NCBI RefSeq assembly: GCF_058153355.1
Contig: NZ_CM177019.1
DNA length: 64,000 nt
Reading direction: 5' to 3' (one strand)
Part shown: piece after piece, positions 45,092-58,392 of the stretch
Layout: each line of letters opens with the position of its first letter
How positions within the stretch are numbered: the stretch's first letter is position 1
Position numbers and translations under genes: made by a program
Notes under the pieces: model-generated
Databases searched by the model: none
Seen by the model: only the letters and a program-made list of their open reading frames with translations
Told to the model about the DNA's origin: nothing

Positions 45092-46636
45092 ATGTCGGTT
45101 TCTAAAAAACCTATGGTACTGGTGATTCTGGATGGCTATGGCTATCGCGAAGAACAGCAGGATAACGCCATTTTTAGTGCTAAAACCCCGGTAATGGATG
45201 CACTGTGGGCCAATCGTCCGCATACCCTGATCGACGCTTCCGGTCTGGAAGTCGGTCTGCCTGACCGTCAAATGGGTAACTCCGAAGTAGGCCACGTTAA
45301 CCTGGGTGCCGGCCGCATCGTGTATCAGGACCTGACTCGTCTGGACGTTGAAATCAAAGATCGCGCTTTCTTCGCTAATCCGGTGCTGACTGGTGCGGTA
45401 GATAAAGCGAAAAACGCAGGCAAAGCAGTACACATTATGGGTCTGCTCTCCGCAGGTGGTGTACACAGCCACGAAGATCACATCATGGCGATGGTAGAAC
45501 TGGCAGCGGAACGCGGCGCAGAAAAAATCTACCTGCACGCATTCCTTGACGGTCGCGACACCCCGCCGCGCAGTGCTGAATCCTCGCTGAAAAAATTCGA
45601 AGAGAAATTTGCCGCGCTGGGCAAAGGCCGCGTAGCGTCCATCATTGGTCGTTACTACGCAATGGACCGCGACAATCGTTGGGATCGCGTTGAAAAAGCG
45701 TATGACCTGCTGACGCTGGCGCAGGGCGAATTCCAGGCCGACACCGCTGTTGCCGGTTTGCAGGCTGCTTATGCTCGCGACGAAAACGACGAATTCGTGA
45801 AAGCGACCGTTATCCGTGCTGAAGGCCAGCCAGACGCGGCAATGGAAGATGGCGATGCGCTGATTTTCATGAACTTCCGTGCTGACCGCGCGCGTGAAAT
45901 CACTCGTGCTTTCGTGAACGCTGATTTCGACGGCTTCGCGCGTAAGAAAGTGGTTAACATCGATTTCGTGATGCTGACCGAATACGCCGCTGATATCAAA
46001 ACTGCGGTTGCTTACCCGCCAGCTTCTCTGGTTAACACCTTCGGCGAGTGGATGGCGAAAAACGACAAAACTCAACTGCGTATTTCCGAAACCGAAAAAT
46101 ATGCCCACGTTACTTTCTTCTTCAACGGTGGCGTAGAAGAGTCGTTCAAAGGCGAAGATCGCATTCTGATCAACTCACCAAAAGTGGCTACCTACGATCT
46201 GCAACCGGAAATGAGCTCCGCAGAGCTGACCGAAAAACTGGTTGCGGCAATCAAGAGCGGCAAATACGACACCATTATCTGTAACTATCCGAACGGCGAC
46301 ATGGTTGGTCACACCGGGGTGATGGAAGCGGCGGTTAAAGCGGTTGAAGCGCTGGATCACTGCGTGGAAGAAGTCGCGAAAGCGGTTGAGTCCGTGGGTG
46401 GACAACTGCTGATCACCGCTGACCACGGTAACGCTGAACAGATGCGCGATCCGGCAACGGGTCAGGCACACACGGCACACACCAACCTGCCTGTTCCGCT
46501 GATTTACGTTGGCGATAAGAACGTGAAAGCGGTTGAAGGCGGCAAACTTTCTGACATCGCGCCAACCATGTTGTCGCTGATGGGTATGGAAATCCCGCAA
46601 GAGATGACTGGTAAGCCGCTGTTCATCGTGGAATAA
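45092..46636 (+). CDS. gpmM: 2,3-bisphosphoglycerate-independent phosphoglycerate mutase
   Basis: Starts [19 protein letters not shown] at ATG 45092; the track ORF is N-terminally over-extended. Confidence 0.95.
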   Translation: MSVSKKPMVLVILDGYGYREEQQDNAIFSAKTPVMDALWANRPHTLIDASGLEVGLPDRQMGNSEVGHVNLGAGRIVYQDLTRLDVEIKDRAFFANPVLTGAVDKAKNAGKAVHIMGLLSAGGVHSHEDHIMAMVELAAERGAEKIYLHAFLDGRDTPPRSAESSLKKFEEKFAALGKGRVASIIGRYYAMDRDNRWDRVEKAYDLLTLAQGEFQADTAVAGLQAAYARDENDEFVKATVIRAEGQPDAAMEDGDALIFMNFRADRAREITRAFVNADFDGFARKKVVNIDFVMLTEYAADIKTAVAYPPASLVNTFGEWMAKNDKTQLRISETEKYAHVTFFFNGGVEESFKGEDRILINSPKVATYDLQPEMSSAELTEKLVAAIKSGKYDTIICNYPNGDMVGHTGVMEAAVKAVEALDHCVEEVAKAVESVGGQLLITADHGNAEQMRDPATGQAHTAHTNLPVPLIYVGDKNVKAVEGGKLSDIAPTMLSLMGMEIPQEMTGKPLFIVE

Positions 46637-46669
46637 TCCCTCCCCATGAGGGGAAAGGCGATTAATACC

Positions 46670-47929
46670 ATGACACGGGCCGTGAAACCGCGCAGGTTTG
46701 CAATCAGGCCCATCATCTACGCCAGCGTTCTTAGCGCTGGCGTATTGTTGTGCGCCTTTTCCGCCCACGCGGATGATCGCGACCAACTCAAATCTATTCA
46801 GGCCGATATCGCCGCGAAAGAGCGCGCGGTACGCCAAAAGCAACAACAACGCGCAAGCCTGCTCGCACAATTGAAAAAGCAGGAAGAAGCGATCTCTGAA
46901 GCCACTCGAAAGCTGCGCGAAACGCAAAACACACTCAATCAACTGAATAAACAGATTGATGAGATGAACGCGTCGATTGCCAAACTGGAGCAGCAAAAAG
47001 CCGCTCAGGAACGCAGCCTCGCCGCGCAACTGGATGCCGCGTTTCGTCAGGGCGAGCATACCGGTATTCAGCTGATTCTCAGCGGTGAAGAAAGCCAGCG
47101 TGGTCAGCGTTTACAGGCTTATTTCGGTTATCTCAACCAGGCGCGACAAGAAACCATTACTCAGTTGAAACAAACGCGTGAAGAAGTCGCTATGCAACGC
47201 GCCGAGCTGGAAGAGAAACAGAGCGAGCAACAAACACTGTTATATGAGCAGCGCGCCCAACAGGCGAAGCTGACCCAGGCGCTTAACGAGCGTAAAAAGA
47301 CGCTGGCTGGGCTAGAGTCTTCCATCCAGCAAGGTCAACAACAGTTGAGCGAGCTGCGCGCCAACGAATCTCGTCTGCGTAACAGCATTGCCCGTGCGGA
47401 AGCGGCGGCGAAAGCGCGTGCTGAACGTGAGGCGCGCGAAGCCCAGGCGGTTCGCGACCGTCAGAAAGAAGCGACGCGCAAAGGCACCACCTACAAACCG
47501 ACCGAAAGCGAAAAATCGCTGATGTCCCGAACTGGTGGCCTGGGCGCGCCGCGTGGTCAGGCATTCTGGCCGGTTCGCGGGCCGACGCTGCATCGTTATG
47601 GCGAGCAGCTACAGGGTGAGCTGCGCTGGAAAGGGATGGTGATTGGTGCTTCTGAAGGTACTGAAGTTAAAGCGATTGCCGACGGTCGGGTGATTCTGGC
47701 TGACTGGCTGCAAGGCTACGGTCTGGTGGTGGTGGTTGAGCATGGTAAAGGCGACATGAGTCTTTACGGCTATAATCAAAGCGCGCTGGTGAGCGTTGGT
47801 TCGCAGGTTCGTGCGGGCCAGCCAATTGCACTGGTGGGCAGCAGTGGTGGTCAGGGCAGACCTTCACTCTATTTTGAGATTCGTCGCCAGGGTCAGGCCG
47901 TCAATCCACAGCCGTGGTTGGGAAGATAA
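46670..47929 (+). CDS. envC: murein hydrolase activator EnvC (coiled-coil plus degenerate LytM/M23 domain)
   Basis: Starts MTRAVKPRRFAIRP with signal peptide; long Q/E/A-rich coiled coil; C-terminal M23-like domain. Confidence 0.93.
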   Translation: MTRAVKPRRFAIRPIIYASVLSAGVLLCAFSAHADDRDQLKSIQADIAAKERAVRQKQQQRASLLAQLKKQEEAISEATRKLRETQNTLNQLNKQIDEMNASIAKLEQQKAAQERSLAAQLDAAFRQGEHTGIQLILSGEESQRGQRLQAYFGYLNQARQETITQLKQTREEVAMQRAELEEKQSEQQTLLYEQRAQQAKLTQALNERKKTLAGLESSIQQGQQQLSELRANESRLRNSIARAEAAAKARAEREAREAQAVRDRQKEATRKGTTYKPTESEKSLMSRTGGLGAPRGQAFWPVRGPTLHRYGEQLQGELRWKGMVIGASEGTEVKAIADGRVILADWLQGYGLVVVVEHGKGDMSLYGYNQSALVSVGSQVRAGQPIALVGSSGGQGRPSLYFEIRRQGQAVNPQPWLGR

Positions 47930-47932
47930 GTT

Positions 47933-48892
47933 TTGTTTCCATTTCGTCGTAACGTTCTTGCATTTGCCGCTCTGTTGGCGCTCTCCTCCCCCGTACTTGC
48001 TGGCAAACTTGCCATCGTCATTGATGATTTTGGGTATCGCCCGCACAACGAAAACCAGGTGCTGGCGATGCCCTCCGCTATCTCCGTCGCTGTATTACCC
48101 GATTCACCGCACGCCAGAGAGATGGCGACCAAAGCGCATAACAGCGGTCACGAAGTGTTGATTCATCTGCCAATGGCACCGTTGAGTAAACAGCCGCTGG
48201 AGAAAAATACGCTGCGCCCGGAGATGAGCAGCGACGAAATTGAGCGCATTATTCGTAGTGCGGTCAATAACGTGCCCTATGCCGTGGGGATCAACAACCA
48301 CATGGGTAGCAAGATGACCTCTAACCTGTTTGGTATGCAGAAAGTGATGCAGGCACTGGCGCGTTACAATCTTTACTTCCTCGACAGCGTAACCATCGGT
48401 AATACCCAGGCGATGCGCGCCGCGCAAGGCACTGGCGTGAAGGTTATTAAACGGAAGGTGTTCCTCGACGATTCACAGAACGAAGCAGACATCCGTGTGC
48501 AGTTTAATCGTGCAATTGACCTGGCGCGTCGCAACGGTTCGACCATTGCCATTGGGCATCCTCACCCTTCAACGGTACGCGTGTTGCAACAGATGGTTTA
48601 TAACCTGCCGCCAGACATTACACTGGTGAAAGCCAGCAGCTTGCTGAATGAACCGCAGGTTGATACTTCTACACCGCCGAAAAACGCTGTGCCTGATGCA
48701 CCGCATAATCCGTTCCGTGGCGTGAAACTGTGTAAACCGAAGAAACCGCTGGAACCGGTTTATGCTAATCGCTTCTTTGAAGTATTAAGCGAAAGCATCA
48801 GCCAGAGCACGCTGATCGTTTACTTCCAGCATCAGTGGCAAGGCTGGGGCAAGCAGCCCGAAGCGGCAAAACTTAACGCTAGCGCAAATTAA
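47933..48892 (+). CDS. yibQ: divergent polysaccharide deacetylase family protein YibQ
   Basis: 319-aa ORF with signal peptide, directly after envC. Confidence 0.85.
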   Translation: MFPFRRNVLAFAALLALSSPVLAGKLAIVIDDFGYRPHNENQVLAMPSAISVAVLPDSPHAREMATKAHNSGHEVLIHLPMAPLSKQPLEKNTLRPEMSSDEIERIIRSAVNNVPYAVGINNHMGSKMTSNLFGMQKVMQALARYNLYFLDSVTIGNTQAMRAAQGTGVKVIKRKVFLDDSQNEADIRVQFNRAIDLARRNGSTIAIGHPHPSTVRVLQQMVYNLPPDITLVKASSLLNEPQVDTSTPPKNAVPDAPHNPFRGVKLCKPKKPLEPVYANRFFEVLSESISQSTLIVYFQHQWQGWGKQPEAAKLNASAN

Positions 48893-49913
48893 AGGCGCTA
48901 CGCGTAATGCGATGGTGCGACCGCGTTTTGTCGCGCCATTGCCATAAGCGGAAAGACCACAGTAACGCCTGATAACCCACCTTTATGCTGCGTACATTGG
49001 AAATCAGGCGCTTATACATACCGGAAGTAAATATCTCAGCAATCATCCGTTGGCGGGTAATAATATCTGGCTCTTTACGTACCGCATGGCAAACACGTAA
49101 TGCTTCGTAAGTTATTTGTTGATGAAATTCCGGGTGAATCACTATTCTGTCTGCGTAATCGCGATTTAACTTTTCCAACAGTCGGGTAATCTTAATATAG
49201 TGGCGTTGATAATTAAGGTTTTTATTTCCCTGTCTATTCAATCGGCTCACTGACGTATTATGCAAATAATATTTATATAACGATTGCTCGGTATATCGCA
49301 CGCGTTGCGCGTTAAACATAAATTCTGTTGTCCAGACAATATCTTGATGATGTAATCCGGCAATAAATTTAATGTTATTTTTAACAATGACATCACGACG
49401 ATAAATGCCCATCCAGACAACATGAGTCCAACGACGGGAAGAAAGCCCCATTCGCAGCCAGTCCGGGCCGGTTAATACGCCGGTTGAGCGAAGGCGATCG
49501 CTGGGGATGGATTGCCAGGTTTCTCCCGTTTCACGAAAACACCAGTCAGCATTGCACTGCGCCACGTCAAGGTCATCATCTAACGCCATGGTCATCAGCG
49601 TTTCGTACATGGTGGGATAGACCTCATCGTCAGCATCGACAAAAGCGACATATTTGCCCGTCGCTGCCTCGATCCCACGATTACGCGCTACCGATGCGCC
49701 AGAATTCGCCTGATGCAACAAACGAACATGCGGATAGTTTTCCGCGTAATGCTTTGCTATTTCAACAGAATTATCCGTTGAACCATCGTTAATAATAATG
49801 ATTTCCAGAGCAGTCCAGGTTTGCGTAATTAAAGATTCCATACAAGTGCGGAAATCATCGCCCGCATTATATAACGGGATAATAACACTGAGTTTATTGG
49901 TGCTGTTCATCAT
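48879..49913 (-). CDS. waaH: family 2 glycosyltransferase WaaH (YibD)
   Basis: 344-aa ORF with GT2 signature [10 protein letters not shown]...INDGSTD...DADD. Confidence 0.88.
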   Translation of the reverse strand: MMNSTNKLSVIIPLYNAGDDFRTCMESLITQTWTALEIIIINDGSTDNSVEIAKHYAENYPHVRLLHQANSGASVARNRGIEAATGKYVAFVDADDEVYPTMYETLMTMALDDDLDVAQCNADWCFRETGETWQSIPSDRLRSTGVLTGPDWLRMGLSSRRWTHVVWMGIYRRDVIVKNNIKFIAGLHHQDIVWTTEFMFNAQRVRYTEQSLYKYYLHNTSVSRLNRQGNKNLNYQRHYIKITRLLEKLNRDYADRIVIHPEFHQQITYEALRVCHAVRKEPDIITRQRMIAEIFTSGMYKRLISNVRSIKVGYQALLWSFRLWQWRDKTRSHHRITRSAFNLR

Positions 49914-50173
49914 AAATACCGACGACCTCTGAAGTTATCCTGATGTTTTACAGGCTTTGTATTAAGAAACCATTAAGCCTGTGAGATATTATTTTTACAG
50001 GTGAGAGAGTCACTTCAGGGTAGAGAGATAATGAGAGCAGCTATATAAGAGATCAGCACAATTACGAACTCTTTATTACACTGACAGGATTTTACATATT
50101 TAACAGATTATCCTCAGATAAAAGGGCTGGTATTTTGGATTTTCAGATTGTAGACCAAGTGCGCTTTGTTTAT

Positions 50174-51377
<1,204 letters not shown>

Positions 51378-51602
51378 AAATCGCGGAAGGGATGAAACAA
51401 CAGCGCCTGACGGCGCTGTGTCTGGCATGCCTGCAATCCGGGAGACTGGACCAGGAAAAAACTTGCAGGCCGTAACAGTATCTACCAAATTGTGCAGATT
51501 TAATATTTTGCAGGAACCGCGTAGGCATGATAAGCGTAGCGCATCAGGCAATTTTGTGTTTGCCATCAGCTTCAAGGGCTGGTATTCCAGCCCTTGTTCG
51601 TG

Positions 51603-52628
51603 TTAATCCCAGCTCAGAATAACTTTCCCGGACTGGCCCGAACGCATGGCATCAAAGCCTTTCTGGAAATCATCGATAGAGAAACGATGGGTAATGATCG
51701 GCGAGAGATCGAGGCCAGACTGAATCAGCGCCGCCATCTTGTACCAGGTTTCAAACATCTCACGACCGTAAATACCTTTAATGAACAAGCCTTTAAAGAT
51801 CACTTTGGTCCAGTCGATAGACATATCAGACGGCGGAATACCCAACATCGCAATGCGACCGCCGTGGTTCATGGTGTCGAGCATGGTACGAAACGCTGGC
51901 GGCGCACCGGACATTTCCAGACCGACATCAAAGCCTTCGGTCATGCCTAACTCCGCCATCACGTCATTGAGATTTTCTTTGGCGACGTTAACCGCACGGG
52001 TGATACCCATTTTACGCGCCAGCTCAAGGCGGTATTCATTAACATCCGTGATCACCACGTTGCGTGCACCGACGTGTTTCGCCACCGCCGCAGCCATAAT
52101 ACCTATCGGACCTGCACCAGAAACCAGCACATCTTCGCCCACCAGATCAAACGACAGCGCGGTATGCACGGCGTTACCGAAGGGATCAAAAATGGAAGCC
52201 AGGTCGTCGGAGATATTGTCGGGGATTTTGAAGGCGTTGAACGCCGGAATCACCAGATATTCTGCGAAGCAGCCCGGACGGTAAACACCGACACCGATCG
52301 TGTTGCGGCACAAATGGGTACGGCCACCACGACAGTTGCGGCAATGACCACAAGTGATATGGCCTTCGCCAGAAACGCGATCGCCGATCTTGAAGCCTTT
52401 CACTTCCTGACCGATGCCAACCACCTCACCGACATATTCATGGCCTACAACCATCGGTACTGGGATGGTTTTTTGCGACCACTCATCCCAGTTATAGATG
52501 TGAACGTCAGTCCCGCAGATGGCTGTTTTACGGATTTTAATCAGCAGATCGTTATGTCCGAGTTCCGGTTCAGGAACGTCGGTCATCCAGATGCCCTCTT
52601 CCGCTTTCAGTTTGGATAACGCTTTCAT
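51603..52628 (-). CDS. tdh: L-threonine 3-dehydrogenase
   Basis: 341-aa zinc-dependent MDR-family dehydrogenase. Confidence 0.95.
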   Translation of the reverse strand: MKALSKLKAEEGIWMTDVPEPELGHNDLLIKIRKTAICGTDVHIYNWDEWSQKTIPVPMVVGHEYVGEVVGIGQEVKGFKIGDRVSGEGHITCGHCRNCRGGRTHLCRNTIGVGVYRPGCFAEYLVIPAFNAFKIPDNISDDLASIFDPFGNAVHTALSFDLVGEDVLVSGAGPIGIMAAAVAKHVGARNVVITDVNEYRLELARKMGITRAVNVAKENLNDVMAELGMTEGFDVGLEMSGAPPAFRTMLDTMNHGGRIAMLGIPPSDMSIDWTKVIFKGLFIKGIYGREMFETWYKMAALIQSGLDLSPIITHRFSIDDFQKGFDAMRSGQSGKVILSWD

Positions 52629-52641
52629 CTCACATCCTCAC

Positions 52642-53838
52642 TCAGGCGATTACGCCCAGTTGTTTACCAATACGCGTGAACGCTTCTACCGCACGCGTAA
52701 TTTGCTCAGGGGTATGCGCCGCAGACATCTGGGTACGAATACGCGCCTGACCTTTCGGAACGACCGGATAGAAGAAACCGGTGACGTAAATGCCCTCTTT
52801 TTGCAGTTCACGTGCAAATTTTTGCGCCACTACAGCATCGCCAAGCATGACCGGAATAATGGCGTGATCGGCACCCGCCAGAGTAAAGCCCGCCGCCGAC
52901 ATTTGCTCACGGAACTGACGCGCGTTCGCCCACAGACGGTCACGAAGCTCGCTACCCGCTTCAACCATCTCCAGCACTTTGATGGAAGCGGCAACAATGG
53001 CCGGTGCCAACGAGTTGGAGAACAGGTACGGACGAGAACGCTGGCGCAGCCACTCAACCACTTCTTTGCGCGCCGCGGTATAACCACCAGAAGCCCCGCC
53101 CAGCGCTTTACCGAGCGTGCCGGTGATAATATCGACCCGGCCCATCACATCGCAGTATTCATGGGAACCACGACCATTTTCACCGACAAAACCAACGGCG
53201 TGGGAGTCGTCTACCATCACCAGGGCATCGTATTTATCTGCCAGATCGCAAACACCTTTCAGGTTGGCAATCACGCCGTCCATCGAGAACACACCATCGG
53301 TGGCAATCAGCACATGACGCGCACCGGCTTCACGCGCTTCTTTCAGACGAGCTTCAAGCTCCTGCATATCGTTGTTGGCATAGCGATAGCGTTTAGCTTT
53401 GCACAGACGCACACCATCAATAATAGACGCGTGGTTCAGTGCGTCGGAGATAATGGCGTCTTCCGCGCCCAACAGCGTTTCGAACAGGCCACCGTTAGCA
53501 TCAAAGCAGGAAGAGTAGAGAATCGCATCTTCCATCCCCAGGAAGGCCGCCAGTTTTTGTTCAAGCTCTTTATGGCTGTCCTGAGTGCCGCAAATAAAAC
53601 GCACCGAAGCCATGCCGAAACCGTGAGAATCCATTCCCGCCTTTGCCGCCGCAATCAGATCCGGATGATTCGCCAGTCCGAGATAGTTATTGGCACAAAA
53701 GTTAATGACGTGGCTTCCATCAGCCACCGTGATGTCTGCTTGCTGTGCAGACGTAATAATGCGCTCTTCTTTAAACAACCCTTCCGCCCTTGCGGTTTCC
53801 AGATCGTTGGTTAACTGCTGATAAAATTCTCCACGCAT
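52642..53838 (-). CDS. kbl: 2-amino-3-ketobutyrate CoA ligase (glycine C-acetyltransferase)
   Basis: 398-aa PLP-dependent aminotransferase class II ORF, upstream of tdh in the kbl-tdh operon. Confidence 0.95.
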   Translation of the reverse strand: MRGEFYQQLTNDLETARAEGLFKEERIITSAQQADITVADGSHVINFCANNYLGLANHPDLIAAAKAGMDSHGFGMASVRFICGTQDSHKELEQKLAAFLGMEDAILYSSCFDANGGLFETLLGAEDAIISDALNHASIIDGVRLCKAKRYRYANNDMQELEARLKEAREAGARHVLIATDGVFSMDGVIANLKGVCDLADKYDALVMVDDSHAVGFVGENGRGSHEYCDVMGRVDIITGTLGKALGGASGGYTAARKEVVEWLRQRSRPYLFSNSLAPAIVAASIKVLEMVEAGSELRDRLWANARQFREQMSAAGFTLAGADHAIIPVMLGDAVVAQKFARELQKEGIYVTGFFYPVVPKGQARIRTQMSAAHTPEQITRAVEAFTRIGKQLGVIA

Positions 53839-54051
53839 TGCGATTCTCCAGACAGGGCAAATTCCAGCACATATTACCCAAACTTATAGGTTGCGACGAG
53901 ATGACGCGTTAACACTTCTGCAAAATTCAGGATAAATAACGTCCATCAATCTCACTTTTGGCGAATGGCTGAAGCGAACGCCGTGTAGTGATATGATGGA
54001 AGCATTCGTGTCTGAGATTGTCTCTGACTCCATAATTCGAAGGTTACAGTT

Positions 54052-54984
54052 ATGATCATCGTTACCGGCGGCGCGGGCTTTATCGGCAGCAACATCGTTA
54101 AGGCCCTGAATGATAAAGGCATCACCGATATTCTGGTGGTGGACAACCTGAAAGACGGCACCAAGTTTGTGAACCTGGTGGATCTGAATATCGCGGACTA
54201 TATGGATAAGGAAGACTTCCTGATCCAGATTATGGCTGGCGAAGAGTTCGGCGATGTCGAAGCGATTTTCCACGAAGGCGCGTGCTCTTCCACCACCGAG
54301 TGGGATGGCAAGTATATGATGGATAACAACTATCAATACTCCAAAGAGCTGCTGCACTACTGTCTGGAACGCGAAATCCCGTTCCTGTATGCCTCTTCCG
54401 CGGCCACTTACGGCGGTCGCACCTCCGACTTTATTGAATCCCGCGAGTACGAAAAACCGTTGAACGTCTACGGTTACTCAAAATTCCTGTTTGATGAATA
54501 TGTTCGCCAAATCCTGCCAGAAGCGAACTCGCAGATTGTTGGCTTCCGCTATTTCAACGTTTATGGACCGCGTGAAGGCCATAAAGGCAGCATGGCGAGC
54601 GTCGCTTTCCATCTCAACACCCAGCTCAACAATGGTGAATCGCCGAAACTGTTCGAAGGTAGCGAGAACTTTAAACGCGACTTCGTCTACGTGGGTGATG
54701 TGGCAGATGTGAATCTGTGGTTCCTGGAAAATGGCGTATCCGGCATCTTCAACCTCGGTACCGGTCGTGCAGAATCCTTCCAGGCAGTAGCGGATGCTAC
54801 GCTTGCTTATCACAAGAAAGGCCAGATCGAATACATTCCGTTCCCGGATAAACTTAAAGGCCGCTATCAGGCGTTCACTCAGGCGGATCTGACGAATCTG
54901 CGCGCGGCGGGTTACGATAAACCGTTCAAAACCGTTGCCGAAGGCGTAACGGAATATATGGCCTGGCTGAATCGCGACGCATAA
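54052..54984 (+). CDS. hldD: ADP-L-glycero-D-manno-heptose 6-epimerase
   Basis: 310-aa ORF starting [16 protein letters not shown] (Rossmann). Confidence 0.95.
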
Positions 54985-54993
54985 GAGCTCTGC

Positions 54994-56040
54994 ATGAAAA
55001 TACTGGTGATCGGCCCGTCTTGGGTTGGCGACATGATGATGTCGCAAAGTCTCTATCGCACGCTCCAGGCGCGCTATCCCCAGGCGATAATCGACGTGAT
55101 GGCACCGGCATGGTGCCGTCCGTTATTATCGCGGATGCCGGAAGTTAACGAAGCTATCCCTATGCCTCTCGGTCACGGAGCGCTGGAAATCGGCGAACGC
55201 CGCAAACTGGGTCATAGTCTGCGTGAAAAGCGCTACGACCGCGCCTACGTCTTACCCAACTCCTTCAAGTCCGCATTAGTGCCTTTCTTCGCGGGTATTC
55301 CTCATCGCACCGGCTGGCGCGGCGAGATGCGCTACGGTTTACTTAACGATGTACGCGTGCTCGATAAAGAAGCCTGGCCGCTAATGGTGGAACGCTATGT
55401 CGCGCTAGCCTATGACAAAGGCATTATGCGTACCGCACAAGATCTGCCGCAGCCATTGTTATGGCCGCAGTTGCAGGTGAGCGAAGGTGAAAAATCATAT
55501 ACCTGTAATCAATTTTCGCTCTCATCAGAACGTCCGATGATTGGCTTTTGCCCCGGAGCGGAGTTTGGTCCGGCAAAACGCTGGCCACACTACCACTATG
55601 CGGAGCTGGCAAAGCAGCTGATTGATGAAGGTTATCAGGTGGTTCTGTTTGGCTCGGCGAAAGATCATGAAGCGGGCAATGAGATTCTTGCCGCTTTGAA
55701 TACCGAGCAGCAGGCATGGTGCCGGAACCTGGCGGGGGAAACACAGCTTGATCAAGCGGTTATCCTGATTGCAGCCTGTAAAGCCATTGTCACTAACGAT
55801 TCTGGCCTGATGCACGTTGCGGCGGCGCTCAATCGTCCTTTGGTTGCCCTGTATGGTCCGAGTAGCCCGGACTTCACACCGCCACTATCCCATAAAGCGC
55901 GCGTGATCCGCCTGATTACCGGCTATCACAAAGTGCGTAAAGGTGATGCTGCGGAGGGTTATCACCAGAGCTTGATCGACATTACTCCCCAGCGCGTACT
56001 GGAAGAACTCAACGCGCTATTGTTACAAGAGGAAGCCTGA
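54994..56040 (+). CDS. waaF: ADP-heptose:LPS heptosyltransferase II
   Basis: 348-aa GT9-family ORF. Confidence 0.93.
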   Translation: MKILVIGPSWVGDMMMSQSLYRTLQARYPQAIIDVMAPAWCRPLLSRMPEVNEAIPMPLGHGALEIGERRKLGHSLREKRYDRAYVLPNSFKSALVPFFAGIPHRTGWRGEMRYGLLNDVRVLDKEAWPLMVERYVALAYDKGIMRTAQDLPQPLLWPQLQVSEGEKSYTCNQFSLSSERPMIGFCPGAEFGPAKRWPHYHYAELAKQLIDEGYQVVLFGSAKDHEAGNEILAALNTEQQAWCRNLAGETQLDQAVILIAACKAIVTNDSGLMHVAAALNRPLVALYGPSSPDFTPPLSHKARVIRLITGYHKVRKGDAAEGYHQSLIDITPQRVLEELNALLLQEEA

Positions 56041-56043
56041 CGG

Positions 56044-57024
56044 ATGCGGGTTTTGATCGTTAAAACATCGTCGATGGGCGATGTTCTCCATACGTTGCCC
56101 GCACTCACTGATGCCCAGCAGGCAATCCCGGGGATTAAGTTTGACTGGGTGGTGGAAGAAGGGTTCGCACAAATTCCTTCCTGGCACGCCGCCGTTGAGC
56201 GAGTTATTCCTGTGGCAATACGTCGCTGGCGTAAAGCCTGGTTCTCGGCCCCCATAAAAGCTGAACGGAAAGCGTTTCGTGAAGCGCTACAAGCAGAGAA
56301 CTATGACGCAATTATCGACGCTCAGGGGCTGGTAAAAAGCGCGGCGCTGGTGACGCGTCTGGCGCATGGCGTAAAGCATGGAATGGACTGGCAAACCGCT
56401 CGCGAACCTTTAGCCAGCCTGTTTTACAATCGTAAACATCATATTGCAAAACAGCAGCACGCCGTAGAACGCACCCGCGAACTGTTTGCCAAAAGTCTGG
56501 GCTATAGCAAACCGCAGACTCAGGGCGATTATGCTATTGCGCAGCATTTCCTGACGAACCTGCCAACAGATGCTGGCGAATATGCCGTATTTCTTCATGC
56601 AACAACCCGTGATGATAAACACTGGCCGGAAGCACACTGGCGAGAGTTGATTGGTTTACTGGCAGATTCAGGGATTCGCATTAAACTTCCGTGGGGCGCG
56701 CCGCATGAAGAAGAGCGGGCAAAAAGACTGGCGGAAGGATTTGCTTATGTTGAAGTATTGCCGAAGATGAGTCTGGAAGGCGTTGCCCGCGTGCTGGCCG
56801 GGGCTAAATTTGTGGTGTCGGTGGATACGGGGTTAAGCCATTTAACGGCGGCACTGGATAGACCCAATATCACGGTTTATGGACCTACTGATCCGGGATT
56901 AATTGGTGGGTATGGGAAGAATCAGATGGTTTGTAGGGCTCCGGGGAATGAGTTGTCTCAATTGACAGCAAATGCTGTTAAGCAATTCATTGAAGAAAAC
57001 GCTGAAAAAGCTGCCATGATTTAA
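56044..57024 (+). CDS. waaC: ADP-heptose:LPS heptosyltransferase I
   Basis: 326-aa GT9-family ORF. Confidence 0.93.
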   Translation: MRVLIVKTSSMGDVLHTLPALTDAQQAIPGIKFDWVVEEGFAQIPSWHAAVERVIPVAIRRWRKAWFSAPIKAERKAFREALQAENYDAIIDAQGLVKSAALVTRLAHGVKHGMDWQTAREPLASLFYNRKHHIAKQQHAVERTRELFAKSLGYSKPQTQGDYAIAQHFLTNLPTDAGEYAVFLHATTRDDKHWPEAHWRELIGLLADSGIRIKLPWGAPHEEERAKRLAEGFAYVEVLPKMSLEGVARVLAGAKFVVSVDTGLSHLTAALDRPNITVYGPTDPGLIGGYGKNQMVCRAPGNELSQLTANAVKQFIEENAEKAAMI

Positions 57025-57056
57025 ATTACAACTCTTTAATAGATAATTTTGAAATA

Positions 57057-57084
57057 AAATCAGCTTCCTTGCTGATTTTATTTC
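57057..57084. terminator. putative bidirectional rho-independent terminator between convergent waaC and waaL
   Basis: Hairpin aaaatcagc-ttcctt-gctgatttt flanked by A-run on one side and T-run on the other. Confidence 0.6.
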
Positions 57085-57093
57085 ACATATTCA

Positions 57094-58347
57094 TTACTTA
57101 TCTAATAAACATTGGTCCGATTGTGCTTTAAAATAAGCACAAAGCAATATTATGGTGACAAACACAGCAGTCGGAACCGGTTTAGAAAAGAGTATTACAT
57201 CACTTAGGCCTACTACCAGTAGTGAAAAAAGCAAGATTAAAATATAAGGTTCTTTAGCAGTTCTTAAGGCATATATGAATATTGCTGAAAAGGCTAAAAT
57301 TGTTAATACTACTCCAGGAATACCACGCGTTGATAACGTATCTATGAGATCGTTATGCAAATGAGAATCTACAAAGGGTAAAGCGCCACTTAATCTAGGC
57401 TCTTTCTCTTCTAGTTCATGTATTTTTTCCGCGCGTTTTTCCAGTGATTGTCCTATTGGAGAATATGTTTTTAAACCAACTTCATACATTGCCAGACGGG
57501 CACCGACTGAAGTTCTGGTGTTATCATGCGAATAATTAACTAAATCCCTATTTAAGTCATTCATTCTCGTAAGTAATGTATCTTTAAAAGAAAATACACC
57601 TGCTAATAATGCAATCGCAATAAAACAATATAACTTATAATTAATTCGCTTATTAATATAACTATCCATTACGATTAATAGTAACGCAAAGAATGGAAAC
57701 ACTAATATGGCTGCACGCGTTTCAGTTACTATAACAGCACATAAGCTAAGCATGAAGTTAATTGTATATAATGTTGTTTTATGTCTAAAGTCGGATTTTA
57801 AAATGAGAATTGATGCCAGTAAAGAAGGGAAAAGGATGATGTAGCCTGCTGTTGTAGCGTGGGAAGCTGATAATGCAACACGGTCGACGTTTAAATAGAA
57901 ATGTTGCCACATGGCATGCGCAAAAAAAAGTAACTGCGTTGCCAGGGATGCGAACAGAATTAGTTTCCCAAATTTTATTTTGGTTCTCATCTCATCTTTA
58001 GCAAAAAGAACTAAGAAAATAAAAGCACTACACAAGGCAATTTTTCCAGTTTCCATTGGGCCACGATATGCATTGGTATAAACCGAGCCTGAAACTTTAT
58101 AATGTGAATACCAGATGATATTAACGATACCCAAAAGACATAATGAGATGAAAATTAACAACGTAGGATTATTAGTTATTGTTTTTTTTGGTGTCGCTAG
58201 AAAATATAATGCAGATATAATTCCAGCTGCATGAAGAAACTTTGTTGCAACATCATCCCACAAAGACAAAGTCATTAAAGACAACATACATAATATGAGA
58301 GTTAAAGACTTGACACCAGAGTTAATTTCATTCCAACAAAACGACAT
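57094..58347 (-). CDS. waaL: O-antigen ligase WaaL
   Basis: 417-aa polytopic membrane protein, convergent with waaC; exact start codon uncertain. Confidence 0.85.
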   Translation of the reverse strand: MSFCWNEINSGVKSLTLILCMLSLMTLSLWDDVATKFLHAAGIISALYFLATPKKTITNNPTLLIFISLCLLGIVNIIWYSHYKVSGSVYTNAYRGPMETGKIALCSAFIFLVLFAKDEMRTKIKFGKLILFASLATQLLFFAHAMWQHFYLNVDRVALSASHATTAGYIILFPSLLASILILKSDFRHKTTLYTINFMLSLCAVIVTETRAAILVFPFFALLLIVMDSYINKRINYKLYCFIAIALLAGVFSFKDTLLTRMNDLNRDLVNYSHDNTRTSVGARLAMYEVGLKTYSPIGQSLEKRAEKIHELEEKEPRLSGALPFVDSHLHNDLIDTLSTRGIPGVVLTILAFSAIFIYALRTAKEPYILILLFSLLVVGLSDVILFSKPVPTAVFVTIILLCAYFKAQSDQCLLDK

Positions 58348-58392
58348 ATAATTTCAACCTATGCTACGAGGATGGGTTATTTAATGGAAGAC

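Noticed and set aside
45026-47059. Minus-strand ORFs 45026-46108 (360 aa) and 46175-47059 (294 aa)
   Set aside because: Antisense to gpmM and envC respectively; no start context; shadow ORFs.
52074-53814. Plus-strand ORFs 52074-52619 and 52519-53814 (431 aa)
   Set aside because: Antisense to tdh and kbl; shadow ORFs.
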